Origin: Candidatus Bathyarchaeota archaeon
GTDB taxonomy: Archaea > Thermoproteota > Bathyarchaeia > TCS64
DNA: 64,000 nucleotides
NCBI GenBank assembly: GCA_963769425.1
Contig: CAVYLP010000006.1
Span: 128,001-192,000, forward strand
Direction of reading: 5' to 3'
Each line of letters begins with the position of its first letter. Within the stretch, counting starts at the first letter, position 1. The notes under the pieces are model-generated. The model had not been told where the DNA came from. It was given only the letters and a program-made list of their open reading frames with translations, and did no database searches. The position numbers and the translations under genes are program-made. Shown here one piece after another: positions 47,019 to 56,875 of this stretch.

Positions 47019-47582
47019 TTACTGCTCTTTTTGCTTATCCTGCTTCTGGATATCCTCGGTCTCCAGCTTGTGGAAGAGGCTTCGGAGCTGGCGCTTCATG
47101 TTTGATCGTTCCCTGCTGAGACCGAGGGAGTCAGCGAAGTCGTCCGTCGTCTTCAGCATCTTCGCCCTTCCGCTCCCCTTCTCCTTCTGGACGAGGCCCA
47201 TCTGGACGAGCTGTTTTATATGCTGGTATGACTGGCTCCCGCGGGCGAGGGCGACTTCCCTCTGTTCGATGGGCTGGTTGTAGGCTATGTAACTGAGGGT
47301 GCGGAGCGGGCCGGCTGTGAGGAGGGGGCGTATACTAAACTTGCGCGCCTCCTTCGTGTAGTCAGTCTTGAGCTGGATGACGACGCGGTCCTCGGGGAGG
47401 TGCCTGACTTCAAGGGGGCTTCCGTCCTGCTCGTATATCTCGCCGAGGCGGATGGTGAGCTGCTTCGCCTCCTGCTCGTTCTCGAGTTTCAGGTAGGCGA
47501 CTATGGTGGCGAGGCTAAGCGGCCTGCCTGAGGCGTATAGTATCGCCTCGAGGCGTGCCATCAAGTCGTCCCTGTTGCTCAT
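47019..47582 (-). CDS. scpB: Segregation and condensation protein B
   Basis: LEAILYA..PL, TLSYIAYNQPI, RG, TTDDF..FG-like motifs. Confidence 0.9.
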   Translation of the reverse strand: MSNRDDLMARLEAILYASGRPLSLATIVAYLKLENEQEAKQLTIRLGEIYEQDGSPLEVRHLPEDRVVIQLKTDYTKEARKFSIRPLLTAGPLRTLSYIAYNQPIEQREVALARGSQSYQHIKQLVQMGLVQKEKGSGRAKMLKTTDDFADSLGLSRERSNMKRQLRSLFHKLETEDIQKQDKQKEQ

Positions 47583-47634
47583 TCACCCACCTAGTTACCT
47601 ATCCCTCTTGGCGTTTCCTATTAACTTGTGTGGA

Positions 47635-48873
47635 TTAGACCCCGACGGCTATGTCGCGCCGGTAGAATAGGGTCCCCTTGACCGCTGAGGCATCAGAGTA
47701 AACCTTCTCCCGTGCCTCGGCCACGGACTTGCCCCTGGCCAGGAGGGCTACGGCCCTGCTGCCAGTCGTCCTGATGATGCCGCCCTCCTCGTAGACTGAA
47801 GCGTAGTAGGGCTCAGAGTTCCTCAGGGTCCCGACGGTGAGGGGTTTGTCCCTCTGTGGTGCCTCCGGGTAGCCCTCGGGGACGAGGTACACGCATACGG
47901 TGGCCTCCTTCCTGAACGTCGGCTTGCTGAGTTTCCCCTCGATTATCTTGAATCCCATCTCGAGGAGTGAGTCATCGAGTAGGGCGAGGACGTTTATCGC
48001 CTCTGGGTCGCCTAGGCGGGCGTTGTACTCGATCAGGTAGACGCCCTTCTCCGTATTCATGAATCCCCCGTAGAGGAAGCCGCGGTACTCGCCCACGGTC
48101 TCCGAGAGGGAGGAGATGGTCGCCCTCATGATCTCCGCACCCTTCTCCACCGTAGAGGCTGGGAGGTCGGGGAGGCCTTGGTCGGGGCAGCTGTAGCTCC
48201 CCATGCTCCCCGTGTTGGGGCCCTTGTCTCCGTCGTAGGCCCTCTTGAAGTCCCTGACTAGGGGCATCACCTCGACGTGCTTTCCATCGACGAAAGCCTG
48301 TAATGTGAACTCCTTACCCCTGAGCTTCTCCTCGAGGACGACTAATCCGTCGTTCTTGATGCACTCGAAGGCGTACTCCTCTACCTCCCGTGGGCTTCTC
48401 AGGTGCTCCCCCGTCAACTTTACGCCCTTCCCACCCGTGAGCACGTCCGGCTTAACAGCCACATTCGGGTGGTCGATGAGGAATGTTCTCACTTCGAAGA
48501 GGTCCCGACAGATTCTGAACTCGGGATTCCCCGGAATACCACTCTCCTGTAGGAGGACCCGGGCGTAGCTCTTGCTCCACTCAAGGCGGGCGAGGCTTTT
48601 CTTCGGCCCGACGACAGGGACGCCGAGTTCGCTAAGGCGATCCGCGACCCCAGCGGCGAGTGGGGCCTCCGGGCCCACGAAAGCGATGTTTACCCCCTTG
48701 AAGCGGTCGTAGTTGTCGGCCTTGTCGATATCCATGATCTCGACCCTCTTGGAGAGGGCGGCGATGCCAGGGTTCCTTTTCGACATTGCACTAACGAGCT
48801 CCGCTCCGTCTGCGTGCAACTTCTTCGCTAGTGCATGCTCCCTGGCGCCGTTGCCAACAACAAGGACCTTCAA
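47635..48873 (-). CDS. purD: Phosphoribosylamine-glycine ligase
   Basis: VGNGAREHA, GPEAPL, GGKGV, GPNTGSMG, EYNARLGDPE. Confidence 0.95.
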   Translation of the reverse strand: MKVLVVGNGAREHALAKKLHADGAELVSAMSKRNPGIAALSKRVEIMDIDKADNYDRFKGVNIAFVGPEAPLAAGVADRLSELGVPVVGPKKSLARLEWSKSYARVLLQESGIPGNPEFRICRDLFEVRTFLIDHPNVAVKPDVLTGGKGVKLTGEHLRSPREVEEYAFECIKNDGLVVLEEKLRGKEFTLQAFVDGKHVEVMPLVRDFKRAYDGDKGPNTGSMGSYSCPDQGLPDLPASTVEKGAEIMRATISSLSETVGEYRGFLYGGFMNTEKGVYLIEYNARLGDPEAINVLALLDDSLLEMGFKIIEGKLSKPTFRKEATVCVYLVPEGYPEAPQRDKPLTVGTLRNSEPYYASVYEEGGIIRTTGSRAVALLARGKSVAEAREKVYSDASAVKGTLFYRRDIAVGV

Positions 48874-48921
48874 AGGACCACCTGAACTCGATGAAGATAC
48901 CCGCGTCAGGAAGAAAAGCGT

Positions 48922-50097
48922 TTACCGGGGCTTCGTGACCTCGCGGAGGGCCTTCACGAGGGCGACGGCCTCCTCCTCCGTGTTATAGAAGTGAGGGCTC
49001 ATGCGTAGACCTCCGATCCTTGGGGCGACGTGTATGTTCCTCGCGAGCAGCTTCTCTCCAACCGCCTTGAAGTCGGGGACCTGGACGTTAACGTATATCC
49101 TCCTCTCCTCCTCTTTCGGGGTCTGGAGCCTGAAGTGCTTCTTCGTCAGCTCCTCGATTAGGGCGTTGTCGACGTCGCGGACTTGCCTATCCACCGCCTT
49201 CTTGCCGTGTGAGAGTAGGACCTTCATCGAGTTTTCAACGGCTACGTAGCTGATCTCCTGGCGGGGGAAGACCTCGATGCGTTCCAGGCCCTTGCGTGGC
49301 TTGAAATCGTAGAGGGTGAACTCGTCGATGGTGTTCCTCTCACCCACTTCGGGCTCCAGGGTCTTCTCGCCGACGTAGACGGGCTGTGTAGCGTCGATGT
49401 TTGGCTTGGAGACGAATAGAAATCCCGCGGACTGGCCATAGTGGCCGCCCATGAGCCACTTGTAGGTGCTTGTGGCGGCGAAGTCGACTCCCCAGCGGTC
49501 CGCCTCCCAGGCGAGGCTGCCGACGCTCTGGGTGCCGTCGACTACGAGCTTCGCCCCATGGGTGTGACAGACCTCCGCTAATCCCTTGAGGTCATGTAGG
49601 TAACCGTTGAACCAGCTCGGCTGGTCAACTACAACGGCGGCTGTCTTGTCGTTGACCGCCTTCTCGAACTGCTCTAGGGTGACAGTGCTCTTCTTGTTCT
49701 TTATGAACTTGGGCTTTGCGCCTCGGTCCCTCTGCTTGTTGACGACCGTGGCGGTCATGGGGTAGCTGAGGTTGGTGCATACTATGTTGCTGCCGCGTTT
49801 GACGGGGACCATGTTTAGGGCGGTGTTTATGCCGGCTGTTGCGTTGGGGATGAAGGCGACCTCCTCCTCCCTGCCGCCGATGACCTCGGCGAAGAGCTTC
49901 TTCGAGTTGAGGCGGCGCTTCGCCCAGTCGGCGGTGCCGCTCTGCCATGGACGCTCACCCCTGAACATGGCGGTCACATCGGCTACGTACTCCTCCATGA
50001 CTTTCAGCGTTGAGGCGGGCGCGGCGCCCGTCGTTGCCGTGTCGAAGTGTATCTTCCCCCTGAGGAGGGGGAACTCATCCTTCAGCTTGAGAACCAT
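48922..50097 (-). CDS. Class V PLP-dependent aminotransferase (kynureninase/CefD/desulfurase-like)
   Basis: PNATAG, VDGTQSVG, STYKWL, RMSPHFYN; ATG at 50097. Confidence 0.85.
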   Translation of the reverse strand: MVLKLKDEFPLLRGKIHFDTATTGAAPASTLKVMEEYVADVTAMFRGERPWQSGTADWAKRRLNSKKLFAEVIGGREEEVAFIPNATAGINTALNMVPVKRGSNIVCTNLSYPMTATVVNKQRDRGAKPKFIKNKKSTVTLEQFEKAVNDKTAAVVVDQPSWFNGYLHDLKGLAEVCHTHGAKLVVDGTQSVGSLAWEADRWGVDFAATSTYKWLMGGHYGQSAGFLFVSKPNIDATQPVYVGEKTLEPEVGERNTIDEFTLYDFKPRKGLERIEVFPRQEISYVAVENSMKVLLSHGKKAVDRQVRDVDNALIEELTKKHFRLQTPKEEERRIYVNVQVPDFKAVGEKLLARNIHVAPRIGGLRMSPHFYNTEEEAVALVKALREVTKPR

Positions 50098-50193
50098 GGT
50101 ACAGGTATCGCTAATCAGGCGAAAAAACTTTGCAGGCAGACGCGCCTGCCCAATCTTAAATCCGATGCCGCGGCACATAGATCAGTGATTCAC

Positions 50194-52107
50194 ATGCCGA
50201 GAAGGCTCGAGATCGAGGACCTTGACAGGTTCGTGATGGCGTCCCACCCGCAGCTGTCGCCTGATGGGGGGAGTCTGGCTTACGTAGTCACGAGGGTGGA
50301 GGGCGAAGTCTACGTACCCACGCTCTACCTCGTCGACCCCAGTGACGGGTCGCCTAAGAAGTACTGGGAGAGGGCTAGGAACCCGGTTTGGAGCCCCGAC
50401 GGCTCTCAGCTCGCCTTCGTCTCAAACAGGGGCCTGAAGGAGGGGGAGAAGGGTACCGAGATCTGGGTGACGACGCTCTGCGGCGAGCCGCGCTTCGTCT
50501 GTAAGGTGTCGGGGGGTGTCGAGCAGCCCGCGTGGAGCGGGGACGGCGGCAGCATTTACTTCCTCAGCTACGTGGGGAGGGAGCCGAAGGACGCCCGGGT
50601 GATCGACCACATCCCGTTCTGGTACGATGGCGTCGGCTGGACCCACTACAGGAGGAAGCACCTGCACGTCGTGGATGTCGCCTCAGGGATGGTAAAGCAG
50701 CTCACCGAGGGGGAGTCGGATGTGGTCTGCCACGCCCCCTCGAACAAGGAGGAGCAGGTCGCATACGCCATCTCCGAGACCGAACTGGCCCCGCGCGAGA
50801 CCTCCCTATACGTTCTGGATCGTGAGAAGGGCGAGTGCAGGAGGATACTCGAGAAGTACGCGGTGGCGAGCCTCGGTTGGTCACCCGGCGACGGACTACT
50901 CTACTTCTCAGGTAGCGACCTGAGTCGTGGCTACCAGACGCACACGACTGTGTGGGTCATCCCGCCGATCGGGGGTGAGCCCACGGACCTCACTGGGAGG
51001 CTCGACCGTGGTAGCGGGCGCGTCGTCTACAACGACCTGCGCAGCCAATACGCGGGACCGCCCAACCCGGTCTGGGACGTCGATAGGATCTACTTCCCCG
51101 TCAGCGACGGTGGCGGTTACGCTATACAAAGCGTCAGGCCCGAGGATGGGGAGATCGCGCAGGTGGTCTTCGGCGACTTCTGTGTCGAGGAGTTCTCCGT
51201 CAGGGGAGGCGTCGTCGCGTACACCCGGACGGGTGTCGCGGATCCGATGGAGGTCTACGTCAGTAAGGGTAAGAGGGAGACGAGGCTCACCCACCTCTGC
51301 GACGCCCCGCTCGCCGAGGCGCCGATGATCGACGCCGAGCACTTCACGTTCGAGGCGAGCGACGGCGCTAACATCGAGGGGTGGCTCATAAAGCCATACG
51401 GGTGGAGGGAGGGGAAGAGCTACCCAACCATCTTCGACATACACGGCGGACCGCGGAGCAAGTACGGGTACGCACCCATGTTCGAGCACCAGATATACGC
51501 CTCGGAGGGTTACGCCGTCGTCTACGCCAACATCAGGGGCAGCGACGGCTATGACCAGGAGTTCGCCGACATCAGGACACGCTACGGGACCCGGGACTAC
51601 CAAGACTTCATGGAGATGGTTGATCACGCCCTCGGCGCCTACGACTGGATCGACCAGACCCGAATCGCCGTCACTGGGCTAAGCTACGGCGGATTCATGA
51701 CAAACTGGGTCATCGGCCACACCGACCGCTTCAGGTGCGCCCTGAGCCAGAACAGCATCTGCAACTGGGTCAGCTTCTTCGGAACCACCGACATCGGGTT
51801 CCACTTCGGCCCCGACCAGATCGGGGGAGACCCCTGGAGCAACCCCGAAGCATACGCGGAGAAGTCGCCCCTCAACTACGCGAAGAATGTCAAGACCCCA
51901 ACGATGTTCATCCACAGCATCAACGATAACAGGTGCTGGATAGACCAGAGCATACAGATGTACACGGCCCTCAAGTACCTCGGAGTAGAGACGAAGCTGA
52001 TTCTATACACAGAGGGAAGCCACACCTTCAGGAACCTGGCGAGGCCAACGATCCGGAAGCGCCGTCTACACGACATGGTCGACTGGTTCAACTGCCACCT
52101 GAAGTGA
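50194..52107 (+). CDS. S9 prolyl oligopeptidase / acylaminoacyl peptidase
   Basis: Beta-propeller SPDG repeats; IHGGP, GLSYGG, D.RC and GSH triad. Confidence 0.92.
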   Translation: MPRRLEIEDLDRFVMASHPQLSPDGGSLAYVVTRVEGEVYVPTLYLVDPSDGSPKKYWERARNPVWSPDGSQLAFVSNRGLKEGEKGTEIWVTTLCGEPRFVCKVSGGVEQPAWSGDGGSIYFLSYVGREPKDARVIDHIPFWYDGVGWTHYRRKHLHVVDVASGMVKQLTEGESDVVCHAPSNKEEQVAYAISETELAPRETSLYVLDREKGECRRILEKYAVASLGWSPGDGLLYFSGSDLSRGYQTHTTVWVIPPIGGEPTDLTGRLDRGSGRVVYNDLRSQYAGPPNPVWDVDRIYFPVSDGGGYAIQSVRPEDGEIAQVVFGDFCVEEFSVRGGVVAYTRTGVADPMEVYVSKGKRETRLTHLCDAPLAEAPMIDAEHFTFEASDGANIEGWLIKPYGWREGKSYPTIFDIHGGPRSKYGYAPMFEHQIYASEGYAVVYANIRGSDGYDQEFADIRTRYGTRDYQDFMEMVDHALGAYDWIDQTRIAVTGLSYGGFMTNWVIGHTDRFRCALSQNSICNWVSFFGTTDIGFHFGPDQIGGDPWSNPEAYAEKSPLNYAKNVKTPTMFIHSINDNRCWIDQSIQMYTALKYLGVETKLILYTEGSHTFRNLARPTIRKRRLHDMVDWFNCHLK

Positions 52108-52214
52108 CCCATTTTGCAAGGTTGAGGTCCCAAGGAAAAATGCCAACTATGTGCGACTCAAGGTAAGAAGAGAATCGTTAGGACGTGAAATAGATAAGCA
52201 GATTGAGTTTTTTA

Positions 52215-52236
52215 TTGTAAACAACGCTGTTTACAA
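52215..52236. promoter_or_regulatory. Perfect 9-bp inverted repeat, probable regulator-binding site
   Basis: TTGTAAACA-ACGC-TGTTTACAA next to an AAATATA box upstream of the low-GC gene pair. Confidence 0.45.
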
Positions 52237-52337
52237 AGAAAAGAAATATAATGTTATGAAGAAATACTCCACAAACGTTAATTCTCATTTTGTCATAAAT
52301 CTATTCTAAATGCCATTCAGCTTCAAGGAGAGAAAAA

Positions 52338-53879
52338 ATGGCGGCCAATAAAAAAATCGACGTTCATAAATTTATTACAACAATCTATAATCCTAATTTA
52401 AACGAATTTATGAATTCCGTTTCGGATAACGGATTGGGATCATCTATCTCTGAAGGACGAATAATATATGGAAAAAATAAGCTTAATTTGTCTTCTGACG
52501 GTTTTTCCTTATTTCAAATTAGAAATAACGTCTTCCATTTAGGCGCATCACAGTCATCGGATTTTAGTGTGGATTATGATTCCTTCCTTTTATCCCTTGA
52601 ACCCCTGTACAAGTTCTATCTAAAAAACAGGGGAAATCATTTATCGAAGAAAATTGAGGATGTTTTAAGATCGACTGATTTAATGCTAGAGACTGATTAT
52701 TTTTCAACTAAACTATCTAAAAATGAATCCTACCAAGAAAATTTCAGTAGAGGTATTATAGACAGAAATTCTATAGGTGTTAAAAAATTTGAACAAAGCT
52801 ACAATGACTATCAGGGTAAGAAATTATTGGATACAGAATTGCATCTGAAAGAAAATGAGTCAAAAAAGGTCTCTGAAGGAACCTATGAAAAAATTGGCCC
52901 AGAGGAAGCATATGAATTTGATTCTTCATCAGGATTCGTGAGAAAGAAGGAAGAAGTGGATAAATGGTCAGAAGAGAAATTCTATAGTGAAGTCGGTCTT
53001 GGTGGACCTCAGAAATGGGGGGAAGGTCTACGAAGCATGGGTCCTAAAAACAAGAAAAACAGGGGACACATCAAAGTAGCTATTATCCTATCGATAATAT
53101 TAATAGGAACATATTATGTCACCACAACTTCTCTTCTTTCAGAATTCAGTGGTTTTCTTCAAACCCAAATGGCGGTAATTTCTTCTACACTAAGCTCTGT
53201 GGGCAAAGTAGAAAATGGCGATAGCTCTCAACTCCCAATCATTACCTTCTTTTCAAATAATACTGCTACAACTGGCAGGTATAAAAATTATCAACTTGGG
53301 CTTATCAAAGCTCCTGGGGGAGTCGAAGTAAATAGTTATGGAGATTTTATAGTCTTAATAAATAATAAGAATGCTAAGAATCCAACATACACTCAACTTA
53401 CTAGCTTTCTAAAATCAGATAAAACTGATCAGTATTCATATCAATTTGTTACCACCACCCTTGGCAGTTATTCTGGAAGTGCGGAAAGTTACGTGGATTT
53501 GAATACAATAGAAGAAATAATCGATGGCACGAAACAGCCGAATCCTCCTCGGATATGCGCTGACTTCGCTGAATTACTTCATAATAATGCCGAAAGAGCT
53601 GGCATTCGATGTGCCTTTGTATCTATCGAAGTTGGTGGTTCGGGACATACTTTAAATGCATTTGAAACGATTGATAGAGGATTAGTTTACATTGATGATA
53701 CTGGTTATCTGAGCGGTTTCAGCCCATCAAGTTGTGATAAGATAATTAATGTTCTAAAAGTGGGTAGTCAATACAGCCCAAATAGTCTATTCCCCGAATC
53801 TGGTTGGAGTTCAACTTGGGAAAATGCTGGAACCGTCACAAGCATTTACATGACCTGGGATGGCAACTGGAATAATTAG
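52338..53879 (+). CDS. Membrane-anchored hypothetical protein with C-terminal transglutaminase/papain-like domain
   Basis: Central TM helix; NPTY..FL..D.TD, ICADFA, GHTLNAF, YIDDT (Cys-His-Asp); strongly AT-rich. Confidence 0.7.
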   Translation: MAANKKIDVHKFITTIYNPNLNEFMNSVSDNGLGSSISEGRIIYGKNKLNLSSDGFSLFQIRNNVFHLGASQSSDFSVDYDSFLLSLEPLYKFYLKNRGNHLSKKIEDVLRSTDLMLETDYFSTKLSKNESYQENFSRGIIDRNSIGVKKFEQSYNDYQGKKLLDTELHLKENESKKVSEGTYEKIGPEEAYEFDSSSGFVRKKEEVDKWSEEKFYSEVGLGGPQKWGEGLRSMGPKNKKNRGHIKVAIILSIILIGTYYVTTTSLLSEFSGFLQTQMAVISSTLSSVGKVENGDSSQLPIITFFSNNTATTGRYKNYQLGLIKAPGGVEVNSYGDFIVLINNKNAKNPTYTQLTSFLKSDKTDQYSYQFVTTTLGSYSGSAESYVDLNTIEEIIDGTKQPNPPRICADFAELLHNNAERAGIRCAFVSIEVGGSGHTLNAFETIDRGLVYIDDTGYLSGFSPSSCDKIINVLKVGSQYSPNSLFPESGWSSTWENAGTVTSIYMTWDGNWNN

Positions 53880-53892
53880 GATATGTATTAAA

Positions 53893-54246
53893 ATGGCTAA
53901 AAGAAGACGAGGAACAGCTATAGTTGATACTCTCGATGGTATTTTGGTAGTCAGTCAAGATGGGAAAACATTTCTTCTTCCTGGTGGAGGTGCCAAAAGC
54001 AACGAGAGTAGGATGAATGCTGCGTTGAGAGAACTCACTGAGGAGACTGGTTTAGTTCCTACGGGATGTATTTTTCTTTTTGAATACGAATCTCATACCA
54101 CGTTCCACAAAGTATTTTTAATAAAATGTTCAGGTATCGCAAAACCAAGTCATGAAATAAGATACGTTACTTATTTTACTGGTAACAATGTAAGATTATC
54201 ATCTGGGACTAAGGCTATCTTAGAAAAATATTATGCCATGAATTGA
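53893..54246 (+). CDS. NUDIX hydrolase
   Basis: LPGGG..NES..AALRELTEETG Nudix box. Confidence 0.88.
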   Translation: MAKRRRGTAIVDTLDGILVVSQDGKTFLLPGGGAKSNESRMNAALRELTEETGLVPTGCIFLFEYESHTTFHKVFLIKCSGIAKPSHEIRYVTYFTGNNVRLSSGTKAILEKYYAMN

Positions 54247-54335
54247 GGTATAAACTGGAAAAAGGCTAATCTGCGCAAAATTTTGGTTAATGGAATTTAT
54301 AAAATACAATATTAATCATTTGCTGGTGAGCGTTC

Positions 54336-54782
54336 ATGGGTATTATAAAAGGGAGCTACTGCCTCTGTATAAGGGTCGACAGGGATTCGGAGATCAAAGT
54401 AGGCTCCTTCGGACTCATCCAATTTCCAAAAGGTCGATATGTCTACGTCGGCTCCGCCCTGAACAGTCTGATTCCCCGTCTCGGGAGACACCTGAGGACG
54501 AGCAAGGGGGAGGGGAGGGTCGCGCACTGGCACATCGACTATCTCCTCCGCGAGCCGGGCGTCGAGATAGAGGCCATCTACGCCACCGACTGGGCAGTGC
54601 GAATGGAGTGCGAGATAGCAGCCCACGTCGCAGAGAAGGGTGAACCCGTCCCCCGGTTCGGCTGCAGCGACTGCGCCTGCGTGAGCCACCTCTACAGGGT
54701 GAAGTCCTTCGGGTTCATCAGAGAAACCGGGTTAAAAAGGGTGGACCTGTCTACGCTTGCTTCTTCGCCATCTCCTCAATGA
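54336..54782 (+). CDS. GIY-YIG (DUF123) nuclease family protein
   Basis: KGSY, YVYVGSA, HWHIDYL, FGCSDC.C.SHL. Confidence 0.88.
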   Translation: MGIIKGSYCLCIRVDRDSEIKVGSFGLIQFPKGRYVYVGSALNSLIPRLGRHLRTSKGEGRVAHWHIDYLLREPGVEIEAIYATDWAVRMECEIAAHVAEKGEPVPRFGCSDCACVSHLYRVKSFGFIRETGLKRVDLSTLASSPSPQ

Positions 54783-55062
54783 TCGGGATGGCCAGCTCGG
54801 CGTTCGTGACCCCCGTGTTAAAGGCAAGGAGGGCTGCGGACTCTATCTGTTTCTTGGGTATCCCCGCTTTGAGGGCGAGGCCGACGAAGTGGCGTAGCGC
54901 GACGGGGTCGCGTGTCGTCGAGTAGATCCCTATGAGGATGAGGAGCCTGGTCTTCTCGTCTAGGCCGCCGTGGGTCGTCACGGCTTGGCTGAGCTTCATG
55001 TAGGCGTCGCTTACGCTGGGGCATTCCCCGGCGAATATCTCCCAAACGCTCTTCTCCGGCAT
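54751..55062 (-). CDS. Carboxymuconolactone decarboxylase (CMD/AhpD) family protein
   Basis: LDEKTRLLI..H...ALKAG pattern; no CxxC. Confidence 0.75.
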   Translation of the reverse strand: MPEKSVWEIFAGECPSVSDAYMKLSQAVTTHGGLDEKTRLLILIGIYSTTRDPVALRHFVGLALKAGIPKKQIESAALLAFNTGVTNAELAIPIIEEMAKKQA

Positions 55063-55172
55063 CTTTGGTCGCGTACTCCGTGTCTACTCGTTGTATTTAT
55101 TGCCTTGGAGTGGTCACCGGTTCACTTTAATAGTTAGTTTCACTGAGTGAGGGTAAGGGCTTCGGTGCGTAA

Positions 55173-55823
55173 ATGGGGGCTAAAGGGTCTACCGAGGAGT
55201 TCATGCGAGACGTAGACGCGGTAGTCTCCAAGATTCTAGAGAAACTCGACCCAGTATACCATCCGAAGATACACGTTCTCCGCGACGACCTCGAGAGGAT
55301 GCACAAGCAGAACAGGGTCAAGATCAACCACTCCGTCATGGAGTTGGTGTGCGCTGCCCACCTCGTCCACGCAGGGTTCGACGTCCAGCTTGAGACGGCT
55401 GTCAACGGGATAAGCACCGACGTCTACGCCGAGAAGGGGCTGGGGAGCCTCATGGTCGAGGCGGAGACGGGATTCGTTCCACCGGAGAACGCCATCGACC
55501 CGTTAGTATATCTGCGGGCGAGAGCCGCGAGCAAGATTACGAGGTACAGCGGATACGCCAGCAAGTTCGTCCTAGCGACTCCACCCTATTATGTTCTCCA
55601 GATCCCGCCGAGCCTCACGAAGCCGCCCAGGTTCCGCACCGAAGATGAAATCGCCTCGATAAAGCGACTCTGCGACCTATACTACAGCAACCCCCCAGTG
55701 AGCATCGAGGAGATCAGGAACGCCCGTCTCCACGCCATATACATCGTTGACGTAGACAACGTCTCCATCAGGGAGTGGGAAGTCAACGAGTACATGGGAA
55801 AAGCCAGCCTCTGGAACACATAA
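55173..55823 (+). CDS. Archaeal hypothetical protein with PD-(D/E)xK-like fold
   Basis: E..STDVYA..VEAETG pattern. Confidence 0.65.
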   Translation: MGAKGSTEEFMRDVDAVVSKILEKLDPVYHPKIHVLRDDLERMHKQNRVKINHSVMELVCAAHLVHAGFDVQLETAVNGISTDVYAEKGLGSLMVEAETGFVPPENAIDPLVYLRARAASKITRYSGYASKFVLATPPYYVLQIPPSLTKPPRFRTEDEIASIKRLCDLYYSNPPVSIEEIRNARLHAIYIVDVDNVSIREWEVNEYMGKASLWNT

Positions 55824-55926
55824 AATGAGGACCGAACTCCTCGCTTGGCAAAAGGGAAAAAGTTATAAAAAAAAAGTGGCTAGAAAGGTTTAAGATAACC
55901 GGGTTATCCCTGAGAGGGAGGTTTAC

Positions 55927-56169
55927 GTGAACTCCTCAATCGCGACGATCGGCGTGGGATTCCTCATCGCGTGGCTAGGCGTGATTATGGTCTACCTCAG
56001 CCTGCGCGCCGAACCGATCGATCTCGATAGGAGACACCTCGGATTCCTAAACGGGCCGATCGCCAAGGTGAGCGAGAGCAGGAGGGCGATAAAGTTCCTA
56101 ATAGTGGTTGGAATCCTGGTGACAGCTGTACTGTACGCCGCCTCTTGGGTAGGGTTGATAGCCTGGTGA
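55927..56169 (+). CDS. Small two-TM membrane protein
   Basis: Two hydrophobic segments; GGAGGT SD; GTGA overlap with the next gene. Confidence 0.65.
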   Translation: MNSSIATIGVGFLIAWLGVIMVYLSLRAEPIDLDRRHLGFLNGPIAKVSESRRAIKFLIVVGILVTAVLYAASWVGLIAW

Positions 56170-56834
56170 CAGAGAAGAGAGACGATATTTGCTGGGTCTG
56201 CGGTAGCGAGGGGGCGGACACTATGTGCCCCCGCTGCGGTCACCGCGTCTGCAGAGACTGCTTCGACGAGGATACCCAAATGTGCCTCGACTGCGTCGAG
56301 GATAAGGTCAACTCGAGGGCGCGGACGAAGAAGGTCTTGCTCGTGGGCGGCCTCCTCATGATGGTCGTGGGGCTATCCGCCGCGGCCGCGGGGATAGTCG
56401 CGGGGATTCCTACCCAGGGCGTGACAGTTATCTTTCCATTCATCATGGGGGACGTGAGCCCGGTGATAGCCGGTGCATACAGCTTCGTATTCTTCCTCAC
56501 CTTCGCCTCCGTCTCGCTGCTTCCTTGGTACATACACACCCACGTGAAGCCGACCCACGAGGACAGCGAGGACGTCACCATAGTCGAGGGAAACCTACTC
56601 GGGGGGGAGCACTTCGAACGCGTCGAGTACGTCATAACCGCGGAGATGCCGAGGAGGCTAGAGAAAACGATCCTCGTCGAGACGAACGGGGACTCGATCC
56701 ACCTCCACAGCTCAGCGGACAAGGATTTCGGTAGGAGCTACCCGATCCCCGAGGGACACGAACTGGAGGGACTCGACTACGACTACGAGGAGGGCTACCT
56801 TGTCCTCCGCCTCCACCTAATCAGAATCCCGTAG
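56166..56834 (+). CDS. Zinc-finger + two-TM + C-terminal HSP20-like domain protein
   Basis: Four CxxC pairs; TM pair; ITAEMP..YEEGYLVLRL. Confidence 0.65.
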   Translation: MTEKRDDICWVCGSEGADTMCPRCGHRVCRDCFDEDTQMCLDCVEDKVNSRARTKKVLLVGGLLMMVVGLSAAAAGIVAGIPTQGVTVIFPFIMGDVSPVIAGAYSFVFFLTFASVSLLPWYIHTHVKPTHEDSEDVTIVEGNLLGGEHFERVEYVITAEMPRRLEKTILVETNGDSIHLHSSADKDFGRSYPIPEGHELEGLDYDYEEGYLVLRLHLIRIP

Positions 56835-56875
56835 AAGCCTTTTAACAGAGACTCTACCAGACCTACCCGATAGAG

